NCBI GenBank assembly: GCA_964385755.1
Contig: CAYLPZ010000006.1
Location: forward strand, 7,468-71,467
Direction of reading: 5' to 3'
DNA from: an uncultured Coprobacillus sp.
Lineage (GTDB): Bacteria > Bacillota_I > Bacilli_A > ML615J-28 > CAG-698
DNA length: 64,000 nucleotides
Both the position numbers and the translations under genes were made by a program. The notes below the pieces were generated by a model, which saw nothing but the letters and a program-made list of their open reading frames with translations, was not told the DNA's origin and ran no database searches. Positions 1 to 8,419 of the stretch are shown here, one piece after another (position 1 is the stretch's first letter; each line of letters opens with the position of its first letter).

Positions 1-1381
1 TTGTAAAGCCAATTTCTTCTCCAACTTTAAATTTATCTTCACTAATTAACTTTATGTTTTTACCATCAACTAATACTTCAACATCATATTTTCCACTATT
101 AAATACACATGAATTGATTGTTCCAATAAATTTCGCATTATCAATAGAGCATACATCGAAGTCGCTCTTATCTACAATAACTTGGATTGGATCATTAGGC
201 ATAAAATTATGAGTTAATACTTTAAAAGTTTTATTAAGCATATTAACTCTACGAGACTCAGGAAGAACACCTCTAATGATATTTGCGTCACCAATAAAAG
301 AAGCTACAAATTTATTTGCTGGTTTGTTATAGATTTCTTCTGGGTGTCCCATTTGTTGGATTTCTCCCTTATCCATAACTACAACAGTGTCACTCATTAC
401 CATTGCTTCTTCTTGGTCGTGTGTTACATAGATAAATGTTATACCTAATTTTCTTTGCATGTCACGAAGCTCAAGGCGCATACTTTTCTTCAAAAGTAAA
501 TCAAGAGCAGATAATGGTTCATCTAAAAGAAGAATTCTTGGTTTATTAACAATAGCCCTCGCAATAGCTACCCTTTGCATTTGTCCTCCAGATAATGAGG
601 AAATGTTTCTATTTTCATACCCTTCTAGATTAACAAATTTTAATGATTTTAAAACTTCATTATGAATAACATCTTCTTTAAATGACTTTTTATTTAATTT
701 TTGTAACATTTGATAGTAAACATCATTTATTGATAATCTATCTAATAATGCTTTTTTCCATTCTTTATAGTTTTTTGCTTTTATATTTGAATTTAAAACA
801 AGCTTATTAGATACTAATAATTCTTCAATCTCTTCGATTTTTGAATCTATTTCTTTTTTACTATAGTTCTTTTCTATTTCTTTTAATGAATTTTTTACAT
901 TAAAATAGACTGATCTTATTGTTAAATATTCTGTTATATATTTCTTAACATCTTTTGGTTTTTCAATTAAAGATAAGGTCTTATTTAATGTATCTATTTC
1001 CTCTTCATCAAAGCCATTTTCTTCCATCATATTCATAATACCAATGTCATAAACATTTGAATAAATATTATTTCGCAGTCCAAAGGCAATATTATCATAA
1101 ACATTTAAATGTGGAAAGAGTTCATGTTTTTGAAACACTGTGTTAATTGGTCTTTTATGGGCTTGCAAGTTTTGTATTTCTACACCATCGAGGAGTAGTT
1201 GTCCTTCTTGCATTGTCTCAAAGCCACCAATAATACGAAGGGTAGTAGTTTTTCCACAACCAGATGGTCCTAGCAAAGTAACAAACTCATCTTCATTGAT
1301 TGATAAATTAAAGTCTTTTAGTATTACTTGATCACCAAATTTTTTGTTTATTCCTTTTAATTCTAATATTTTACGAACCAT
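1..1381 (-). CDS. potA: Spermidine/putrescine ABC transporter ATP-binding subunit with a large internal insertion; 3' end runs off the window (absent from the ORF track)
   Basis: Hand translation from ATG at 1381 gives MVRKILELKGINKKFGDQVIL..., Walker A GPSGCGKTT, LFPHLNVYDNIAFGL, signature LSGGQMQRVAIARA, Walker B LLLDEPLSALD, YVTHDQEEAM and FVASFIG. Open frame to base 2. Confidence 0.85.
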   Translation of the reverse strand, partial: MVRKILELKGINKKFGDQVILKDFNLSINEDEFVTLLGPSGCGKTTTLRIIGGFETMQEGQLLLDGVEIQNLQAHKRPINTVFQKHELFPHLNVYDNIAFGLRNNIYSNVYDIGIMNMMEENGFDEEEIDTLNKTLSLIEKPKDVKKYITEYLTIRSVYFNVKNSLKEIEKNYSKKEIDSKIEEIEELLVSNKLVLNSNIKAKNYKEWKKALLDRLSINDVYYQMLQKLNKKSFKEDVIHNEVLKSLKFVNLEGYENRNISSLSGGQMQRVAIARAIVNKPRILLLDEPLSALDLLLKKSMRLELRDMQRKLGITFIYVTHDQEEAMVMSDTVVVMDKGEIQQMGHPEEIYNKPANKFVASFIGDANIIRGVLPESRRVNMLNKTFKVLTHNFMPNDPIQVIVDKSDFDVCSIDNAKFIGTINSCVFNSGKYDVEVLVDGKNIKLISEDKFKVGEEIGFT

Positions 1382-1422
1382 TTTTTTACTCCCTTTTATT
1401 TAAAAATAAATAAGTATAAGAT

Positions 1423-1451
1423 ATTATAGCAAACACTTATAATAATGTCTA
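1423..1451 (-). promoter_or_regulatory. Sigma-A type promoter for potA
   Basis: Minus strand TAGACA - 17 nt - TATAAT with an extended -10 TG (TGcTATAAT), about 40 nt upstream of the potA start. Confidence 0.65.
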
Positions 1452-1493
1452 AATATTTCGAAAAATAATTGATTTGCGTAACGTTTTCAAAAA

Positions 1494-1518
1494 AACCACA
1501 GGTTGTTAATCTGTGGTT
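1494..1518 (-). terminator. Intrinsic terminator after bsh
   Basis: Inverted repeat aaccacag/ctgtggtt followed by a T run on the minus strand, 15 nt after the bsh stop. Confidence 0.7.
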
Positions 1519-1533
1519 AATTTAAATTATTTA

Positions 1534-2511
1534 TTAATTTTGATAGTTGATATGTTCATTAACTAGGAGTTTATATCTTATTAAATTACTACTATCTAAG
1601 TTTTCCTTGTGCATATCAACGCAAGTTATTTGATGGTTATTATATGTTGTGTAGTAGTATAATCCTTTAGTTGCATTACAACATGATGTATAAATTGTTA
1701 TTTCATATTTTCCATTATCAACCTCACAACAACCCCTTTGTTGATCAACAGAGTTTAGAATGTGAAAAAATTGACTTACACTATCTTCTTCTATTTCTTG
1801 TGATAGAGAATTCATCTTCACAAAAGCAACACGGACAAATCTTGATTGTGATGATAAATCACCTGGAAGCCCTATTCCGCCCATTCCTCTACTATACGCA
1901 TCAAGCTCTATTTCTCTTGAAAACTTATTATCAGGATTCTTTGAACTTAAATTTCGATAATTATTTAAATTAAATAACTGTTTATCAAATGGTGGATTAT
2001 TAGTTAGCACACCAACTGGATTTTCATAAATTTTAATTCCATCTTTTGTTGATTCTAATGTGACTTTTCTATTCTCGTCCGCAATTATCCAATGAAGCTG
2101 TGCTGTTTTTAAATATTCATTATAATCCTTACTTAAAATATTAATCCTATCAAATAGTTTTACTGCTTCATCTACATTCTTAGCTTGTGATAAAACCCAT
2201 AAGATAAGCTCATATTGCGCAACGTTATCTTTTCCTAAAGCAGTTTTTTCACTATATTTTGCATTTCCAACAAAGTTTAATCCTGCCATCCCTAGTCCCT
2301 TTTCGTTGATTGCATCATAGTAAAGAGGAAAATCATCAACTACATATGCCATACCGATAATTGCATAATGATTTTTCATCTTTCCCATATTTGAATAATT
2401 AATTTCATAATTACGAGGAGTAACTGTTACCTCTTCGTTATATGAATATTCATAATCTAATGTTCTACCAAAATAAAAATCTTTTGTTTTGTAAGTTGCA
2501 GCTGTACACAT
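1534..2511 (-). CDS. bsh: Choloylglycine hydrolase / bile salt hydrolase (Ntn-hydrolase)
   Basis: N-terminal nucleophile Cys2 (MCTAATY), GRTLDYE, YYDAINEKGLGMAGLNF, LTNNPPF, GLPGDLSSQSRFVR; 325 aa. Confidence 0.92.
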   Translation of the reverse strand: MCTAATYKTKDFYFGRTLDYEYSYNEEVTVTPRNYEINYSNMGKMKNHYAIIGMAYVVDDFPLYYDAINEKGLGMAGLNFVGNAKYSEKTALGKDNVAQYELILWVLSQAKNVDEAVKLFDRINILSKDYNEYLKTAQLHWIIADENRKVTLESTKDGIKIYENPVGVLTNNPPFDKQLFNLNNYRNLSSKNPDNKFSREIELDAYSRGMGGIGLPGDLSSQSRFVRVAFVKMNSLSQEIEEDSVSQFFHILNSVDQQRGCCEVDNGKYEITIYTSCCNATKGLYYYTTYNNHQITCVDMHKENLDSSNLIRYKLLVNEHINYQN

Positions 2512-2520
2512 ATTTCACCA

Positions 2521-3996
2521 CTATTTCTTGTTATTATTACTACCAAAAATTACATCATAGTTTTTATACAAAAAGCCAAAAATCTCTTTTGAAGAAGGAG
2601 TAGTACGATTATCATTATAAAACTGTTCAAACATTGCTTTAGATAATTTTTCTACTTTTATGTCTCCCTCATAACTACTATAATTTGCATTTTCTTTTTG
2701 TTTGCTTAATACTCTCGCAATCAAATCTAAATTGACTTTGCTGTCAATTGTTTTACTCATTTCTTTTTTGTCACCATCTGTTAAAACAGTCTTATTTTTT
2801 TTCTTATCTTTTTGTTCATTTGATAATATTTCAATTTTATGTTCATCTAAGAAAACCTGAACAATATCTTCATCTTGTGCTTCAATAATATCGTCAAAAT
2901 CAATTATTCCTAAAGCTAAAACTTCCATCTTAGTATTATATGGTTCTAAACCAGCACCTAAATAATAAACTTTATAAAATCTTTCACAAAACTTATAATC
3001 ATTAGATTCAGATAATAGTTTATAACTATTAATTTCATTCATATGATTTGTGTTTAATATTTCTTCACAAAACTCACGGTATACAGTATTAATCATCTTG
3101 CTATTAAACTCATCGATTTCATTATTAAAACTACCTAATGTTGAAATAGGCTGGTAAGAGCCTGCAGGGACAACATGGATTTTATTAGGAGATTCCATTA
3201 TTTTATCGTTTCTTGCGTGAAGAATAAGATAATTTCTTTTTTGAGATGAATCTGTACGTTTTCTAACATTTTTAATAATTGTTAAACAGTTTATACCAAT
3301 ACCCGCGTGTCTATTTGTTAAATCTAAAATATCAATTTCAAGCTTTTTGTTTTTTTCTTTTGATTCATATAATAATTCTAAAGATTTACATGTATTAAGA
3401 AAATTATAATAGTTTGTTTTGTATACATCAAAAATAGGAACTTGTTTATTTTCTTCATTTATTTCTATTTTAATGTCTTTTGCGGCGTATAAATCACCAT
3501 TAAATAAATAAACAGATTTCTCATTGTGTTTTAGAAAGTTATATACATATGTTTGTTCAGATTTATTTTTGGTAAAAATATTATGATTTGGATATACTTT
3601 TAGTGAAGGTATTTTAGCATTGGTAACATATCCTTTAGATATATCATTTACTTTTACTTCTTTTAATTCTATTAATTCACTGATATTATTTATCTTAGAA
3701 TCTTTATATAATTCCCATTTTTTATCAATGATTAAACCAAAAGAATCGGTAATTTTATCTTTATATTTTTCCTCATAAAACACTTTATTTTCAATAGTGC
3801 TAAGAGAACGCATTTTGTCAACTTTTAAAAGACGACTTTTAAAACCATCTATTTTACGATCTTTACGATTGTGTATTCCTGAAATAACAAGTGAAATTAC
3901 TCCCACTAAAGCAGTCGGTAAACCAACTAATTTTAGTATTATTTCTATTGTGTTACTAAATTCTGAACAATCTAAAAAAGATAAAAACTCAAACAT
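2521..3996 (-). CDS. Membrane-anchored protein with a divergent Nudix-like domain
   Basis: One N-terminal hydrophobic helix (IILKLVGLPTALVGVISLVISGI); the C-terminal half has YLILHARN...IHVVPAGSYQP...YREFCEEIL, retaining the REUXEE end of the Nudix box. Confidence 0.55.
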   Translation of the reverse strand: MFEFLSFLDCSEFSNTIEIILKLVGLPTALVGVISLVISGIHNRKDRKIDGFKSRLLKVDKMRSLSTIENKVFYEEKYKDKITDSFGLIIDKKWELYKDSKINNISELIELKEVKVNDISKGYVTNAKIPSLKVYPNHNIFTKNKSEQTYVYNFLKHNEKSVYLFNGDLYAAKDIKIEINEENKQVPIFDVYKTNYYNFLNTCKSLELLYESKEKNKKLEIDILDLTNRHAGIGINCLTIIKNVRKRTDSSQKRNYLILHARNDKIMESPNKIHVVPAGSYQPISTLGSFNNEIDEFNSKMINTVYREFCEEILNTNHMNEINSYKLLSESNDYKFCERFYKVYYLGAGLEPYNTKMEVLALGIIDFDDIIEAQDEDIVQVFLDEHKIEILSNEQKDKKKNKTVLTDGDKKEMSKTIDSKVNLDLIARVLSKQKENANYSSYEGDIKVEKLSKAMFEQFYNDNRTTPSSKEIFGFLYKNYDVIFGSNNNKK

Positions 3997-4005
3997 TGTA
4001 TTCTC

Positions 4006-4896
4006 CTATTTATTAAATATTTTTTTATATCTTTCTTCTATTTCTTTGTATGTTGAAACGTAACATTTGAAAAATCCTTGTGTGTCTTCTTTAATTATTT
4101 TTTCTTTATTCTCTAGTTTTGCTATTTTTTCAAAATCGTATGGCCCATTTACTTTCCATCCTTGTAAAAAACCTATGTTAATTGCATCTTTTGGGCAGTA
4201 AAAAGAGCATCTCATACACATTAAACAGTTATGATGAAATTTTATTTTTCCTTTTTTATTTCGATAAATATTTTGGGTAGGACAATTTTGAATGCATTTA
4301 TCACAGTTAACACATTTATCCTTATCTACTTTATATAGAAAGGAATTTACATTTCCACCAATGTATTGTATTTTAACAACAAATGTTATAAGACGATTGA
4401 TAAGTTTATACTTCTTAATATTAGTTACATTAGAAAGAACCTCTTTAACTAATATATCTAGTAACATATCATCATATCCAAGCATTTCTTTGATTAATGG
4501 CTCTTCAAAGCGAAAATGAATATTATATGGCATAATGAAATGATATTCATTTTCAATTATTGCTTTATCTTTTCTAACCTTCTTTACAATACTAATACTT
4601 GATGCCTCATTAGCGTCATAAGTTTCTCCTGAATTTTTGTAAATAAATACTTTTTGATTAGCTAAAAACTTTTGCTTTTTAATAAACTTAACAAATGGAC
4701 AAGGAGCGTTGAAACCATAGATTGGATAACCTAAGCCTATCAAATCATAATCTTGCAAATTTAATTTTTCATAGTTAAGTGGATTGATTTCATATATATC
4801 TACCTGAACATTTTCTTTTTCTAGTTTTTGTTTTAATAATTTTGTTAAATATCTAGTATTAAATGTACCTGTGTAATATATTAACAAACATTTCAT
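4006..4896 (-). CDS. EFR1-family flavodoxin-ferredoxin protein
   Basis: Flavodoxin-like start (IYYTGTFNT, GLGYPIYGFNAP) plus two 4Fe-4S motifs, CVNCDKCIQNCP and CLMCMRCSFYCP. Confidence 0.85.
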   Translation of the reverse strand: MKCLLIYYTGTFNTRYLTKLLKQKLEKENVQVDIYEINPLNYEKLNLQDYDLIGLGYPIYGFNAPCPFVKFIKKQKFLANQKVFIYKNSGETYDANEASSISIVKKVRKDKAIIENEYHFIMPYNIHFRFEEPLIKEMLGYDDMLLDILVKEVLSNVTNIKKYKLINRLITFVVKIQYIGGNVNSFLYKVDKDKCVNCDKCIQNCPTQNIYRNKKGKIKFHHNCLMCMRCSFYCPKDAINIGFLQGWKVNGPYDFEKIAKLENKEKIIKEDTQGFFKCYVSTYKEIEERYKKIFNK

Positions 4897-4898
4897 TA

Positions 4899-5492
4899 TT
4901 AATTTTTCCTTTTTTTCTCTATTTCATATTCATAAAAGTATTTACCATACTCACCAAGGTCTTCTTTTGCTTCTTTCTTTCTTTGGTCAAGAAATGTCGT
5001 TTTCTTTAAAGTACATAAGTTAATTAATCCTCTTGCTTCCATATATTCAAATCCTCTTTTATAACCAATTGATGAAATAAGCCATTTACCATTCTCTTTA
5101 CGATATTTTACCTGGTAAATTGCGGTTCCATGTAGTTTCATCTTATATGTTTTGTGTAGCAAAAAATCCTCCAAATACCACTTTGCTTCCGCATTTTCTT
5201 CATCTAGTATATCTATCTCTCCTCCATGAATTAAATGACATGAGGGCATTTTCAAGGTCATAACGGAGCATAGAAACTTAATTATCGCATCTTTACCTTG
5301 ATAGTTCATTGTATCATTTCCATAAGATGATACCGCATCTATTGTGAAGCATGATGCTAATTCATCAAAGCATCTTTCATCTAAACATCTTTGATATTTT
5401 GCTTGCAAGTATCTTATGGCTTCAATACTTTCCAAACGATCTATTCTTTTTTCCAAGTCTTCAAGTTTTTTTATTTCTTCTACTTTATTCAT
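4899..5492 (-). CDS. NTF2-like/SnoaL-family dehydratase, BaiE-like
   Basis: IEAIRYLQAKYQRCLD, SCHLIH, AKWYLED and YRKENGKWLISSIGYKR match the pattern of bile acid 7alpha-dehydratase/SnoaL_4 proteins. Confidence 0.75.
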   Translation of the reverse strand: MNKVEEIKKLEDLEKRIDRLESIEAIRYLQAKYQRCLDERCFDELASCFTIDAVSSYGNDTMNYQGKDAIIKFLCSVMTLKMPSCHLIHGGEIDILDEENAEAKWYLEDFLLHKTYKMKLHGTAIYQVKYRKENGKWLISSIGYKRGFEYMEARGLINLCTLKKTTFLDQRKKEAKEDLGEYGKYFYEYEIEKKRKN

Positions 5493-5496
5493 AGTT

Positions 5497-6237
5497 TTAC
5501 TTTATAACCTTATTTTTATTTTTAATTTGCTTGTATAAATACAAAAAGATAATTAATAATATAATGCTAACAGTTCCAACGAAATACCAACTAGAAATTA
5601 CTGGAATACTTTTTAAAAGTGGATCATCAATCATCATTGATTTAGGAAAATGTAGTGCATCTTTTAAGAACAAACCGTAAAGCATTAAAAATGATAAGCC
5701 AATGGGATAGTTTATAAATTTACTAAATCTTGGTTTTAAATAACCAGTTGCTATACATACTATTGTTGCGTAAACCATTATTGTATGATGAAGTAGTCCA
5801 GTAAATGATCTTATATCAAAAAATGTTTGTGACTCCAAAAAGTCTGGATAACAAATTGTTAAAATTCCACCAAAAAAGCCTAAGTAAGAAATAAAATGCA
5901 AAACATTATTATCCTTTTTGCCAAAAATTAATGCAAAAGAATAAATAAAAGATGAAGTTCCACAAACGGTGTATGGTAGTAGATTAAGCCATGAATATCC
6001 TTCTCTTTTATTTACAACTACATCATAATATGTTACTGATATTCTATTTGTTAAAATAACACCTAGCAATATTATTCCAGTAATTCTCATAATTACTGTC
6101 ATTTTATTCTCATCATTCTGAACTCTTTTTGTATTAATAACGCCTATTACCATTAAAATAATACAAATAGCTAAATATAAAATATGTTCAATTCCATAAA
6201 CACCTGGATAATTTACTAAAAACATTTTTTCCTCCAT
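5497..6237 (-). CDS. YwaF/TMEM164-family integral membrane protein; likely start at the second Met (6225)
   Basis: Six to seven hydrophobic helices, LLPYTVCG (LPLHLC-like) and GLLHH; GGAGG RBS 6 nt before the ATG at 6225. Confidence 0.7.
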   Translation of the reverse strand: MEEKMFLVNYPGVYGIEHILYLAICIILMVIGVINTKRVQNDENKMTVIMRITGIILLGVILTNRISVTYYDVVVNKREGYSWLNLLPYTVCGTSSFIYSFALIFGKKDNNVLHFISYLGFFGGILTICYPDFLESQTFFDIRSFTGLLHHTIMVYATIVCIATGYLKPRFSKFINYPIGLSFLMLYGLFLKDALHFPKSMMIDDPLLKSIPVISSWYFVGTVSIILLIIFLYLYKQIKNKNKVIK

Positions 6238-6284
6238 TAATATATTATTATTTTATCATATTTTTTATCTTAATTAAAGAAAAA

Positions 6285-6301
6285 AAGGCATTAAATGCCT
6301 T
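6285..6301 (-). terminator. Terminator after thioredoxin
   Basis: aaggca-ttaaa-tgcctt hairpin followed by a T run on the minus strand. Confidence 0.55.
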
Positions 6302-6602
6302 ATAAATATTTCTTAAAGCTATCAACCAAAACATCTTTTGGAATAAATCCTACTATTCTTTCTTGCACTTTACCATCTTTTACAATTATTAAAGCAGGGA
6401 TATTTGTAATCTTATACTCCATAGCTAGTTTTGTGTTTTCATCAACATCAGCACTAATAAATTCTATTTCTGTTAGTTCTTCACTAATTTCATCAATCAC
6501 TGGCTTTAACATTTTACATGGCATACACCAAGTAGCATTAAAATCAATTACTGATACTTTTTTTTCAAAAGTTAAATTGTTTTCTTTAATTTCTCTTAAC
6601 AT
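6300..6602 (-). CDS. trxA: Thioredoxin
   Basis: IDFNATWCMPCK active site, cis-Pro loop ITNIPALI; 100 aa. Confidence 0.9.
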   Translation of the reverse strand: MLREIKENNLTFEKKVSVIDFNATWCMPCKMLKPVIDEISEELTEIEFISADVDENTKLAMEYKITNIPALIIVKDGKVQERIVGFIPKDVLVDSFKKYL

Positions 6603-6608
6603 TTATTT

Positions 6609-7478
6609 CTATCCTTTCTTTGATAAATATTGTAAACATGAAATTGCGGCAACATTTCCTTCTCCTGCTGCTTTTATGTACTGGTAAGGAGCACCCGTTA
6701 TATCTCCACAAGCAAATAAGCCTTTGATATTAGTTTCCATTTTTTTATTTGTTAACACATGTTTATCATCCATTTCTAACCCTGGAACAAGATGTGATGT
6801 TGCAACAGCACTTCGTAAAATAAATAAACCATCAAAAGTAATTTCTTCACCATTATCAACTACTAGTTTATTTGCTAGAGTAGAATTCTTATCTCCTTTT
6901 ATTTCTTTTGGTGTTACTCTTAACACTTTCACATTATCTATTTTAACATCATCAGGATATAGTGGGATATAGATCACACTTCCACATACTCCTGCAAGAT
7001 ATCTTACTTCATCTTCCTCTTCCTTGTTTGCACCAATAACAACTACTTTTTTATTTCTATATAAAAGTCCATCACATGTTGCGCAATAACTTACTCCTAA
7101 ACCTAAATATTCTTCTTCGCCAGGGTATGTTTTCACCTGAGAAACCCCCGTTGCTAAAACGACAGTTTTTGCTTCTATAAATTCATTACTTTTTGTAATA
7201 ATTGTAAAATGAGTAGAAAGATTATATATTGATATTACTTGTGAATCTTTTATTTCAATATTTAATCTCTTGACATGTTCAAACATTTTACTTGCCAACT
7301 CTTCACCACTAATTTTTGGGAATCCTAAATAATTATTGATTTCTTGGGCTTTTATCACTTTTGATGAAACATTTGTATTTCCAATTAATAAAATATCTTT
7401 ATTTCTAATTTTTAAAGTGATAGCACATTCAAGACCAGCTGGTCCTGTACCAATTATAATTGTATCTAACATAAACAC
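6609..7478 (-). CDS. trxB: Thioredoxin reductase-like flavoprotein, probably NADPH-independent (ferredoxin-linked) type
   Basis: FAD motif IIGTGPAG, GVSYCATCDG, C-terminal FACGDITG; the NADPH-binding GGGxxA and HRR motifs are absent (VIGANKEEEDE, IPLY); adjacent to trxA. Confidence 0.85.
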   Translation of the reverse strand: MFMLDTIIIGTGPAGLECAITLKIRNKDILLIGNTNVSSKVIKAQEINNYLGFPKISGEELASKMFEHVKRLNIEIKDSQVISIYNLSTHFTIITKSNEFIEAKTVVLATGVSQVKTYPGEEEYLGLGVSYCATCDGLLYRNKKVVVIGANKEEEDEVRYLAGVCGSVIYIPLYPDDVKIDNVKVLRVTPKEIKGDKNSTLANKLVVDNGEEITFDGLFILRSAVATSHLVPGLEMDDKHVLTNKKMETNIKGLFACGDITGAPYQYIKAAGEGNVAAISCLQYLSKKG

Positions 7479-7553
7479 TCCATTGATTAATATATATTTA
7501 TTATATCACACAATATGAAAATAATTTATCTAATTTTTAAAATAATAAAAAAT

Positions 7554-7576
7554 GCTGTAAAAATATTTTTTACAGC
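7554..7576 (-). terminator. Terminator after the orphan gene
   Basis: gctgtaaaaa/tttttacagc inverted repeat with a downstream T run on the minus strand. Confidence 0.6.
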
Positions 7577-7580
7577 CCTT

Positions 7581-8417
7581 TTAAATCCCTAAATAATAAA
7601 TTGATTTATTATTAATTATACAAGAGTCTACAAATTTAAGTAGTATTTCATAGTCAATTGGTTTTGATAGAAGCAATTGTTTTTTAATCTCTTTCAAATC
7701 TTCAACATTAAAATAATCAAAATCAAAGATGGATATTATATTTTTATTTACCTTTGTGAATATTTTTAGATATTGATTTACAAAAAGGCTATTTGAATCT
7801 CCCTCAATATATAATGATGTTTTATTAAAGTGTCTTATTTTTTTCTTAAGTGCATCATCACGTGATATATTGTCCGCAATTTGTAGCTCTATAAATCCAG
7901 TTCCTTTTCTTTTTTGGTCATAGGTAAGAAAGATATTACTATATCTTTTTGCTTTATCTTCATCAAATTCTTCATTAAGAATACTAGGAATATTTTTATA
8001 TAAAATATCATATGTTTCACTATAATCTTTATTTATTATATTTGCAAGAAATGAATTATGATTATATATAAAATCATATCCTTTAAAGTTTTCTATCTGA
8101 TGTATTGAAATATATGGTGATTCACAGTTATATTCACTTTCGAATTTATCAATTGAAATCCATTTTAGATCTTTATTATATTCTTTAGATATTACATCTT
8201 TTTTATTTACAAGTACTAATTCTTTTAATAGATGTTTCCAAGGTATATATACTAAAATCCAATCATTAATTGTTACTTTTGAAACAACCTTATTAAAATT
8301 AAAGAACAATACCTTTTTCTTTTTTACCAAAGGCCAGTTTTCAGTTAATGTAAATTCTGCTAAAGCAATTCCTCTTACGATTATACCACCATAATTAAAT
8401 GTAATATAATTATACAT
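7581..8417 (-). CDS. Hypothetical protein
   Basis: 278-aa open frame starting 2 nt after the upstream stop and followed by a terminator; no motif recognised. Confidence 0.6.
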   Translation of the reverse strand: MYNYITFNYGGIIVRGIALAEFTLTENWPLVKKKKVLFFNFNKVVSKVTINDWILVYIPWKHLLKELVLVNKKDVISKEYNKDLKWISIDKFESEYNCESPYISIHQIENFKGYDFIYNHNSFLANIINKDYSETYDILYKNIPSILNEEFDEDKAKRYSNIFLTYDQKRKGTGFIELQIADNISRDDALKKKIRHFNKTSLYIEGDSNSLFVNQYLKIFTKVNKNIISIFDFDYFNVEDLKEIKKQLLLSKPIDYEILLKFVDSCIINNKSIYYLGI

Positions 8418-8419
8418 TT

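Noticed and set aside
4899-5492. Calling a complete bai 7alpha-dehydroxylation operon, or assigning the symbol baiE
   Set aside because: No CoA ligase, baiCD/baiH oxidoreductases, HSDH or transporter lies nearby; fold-level similarity is insufficient for the gene name
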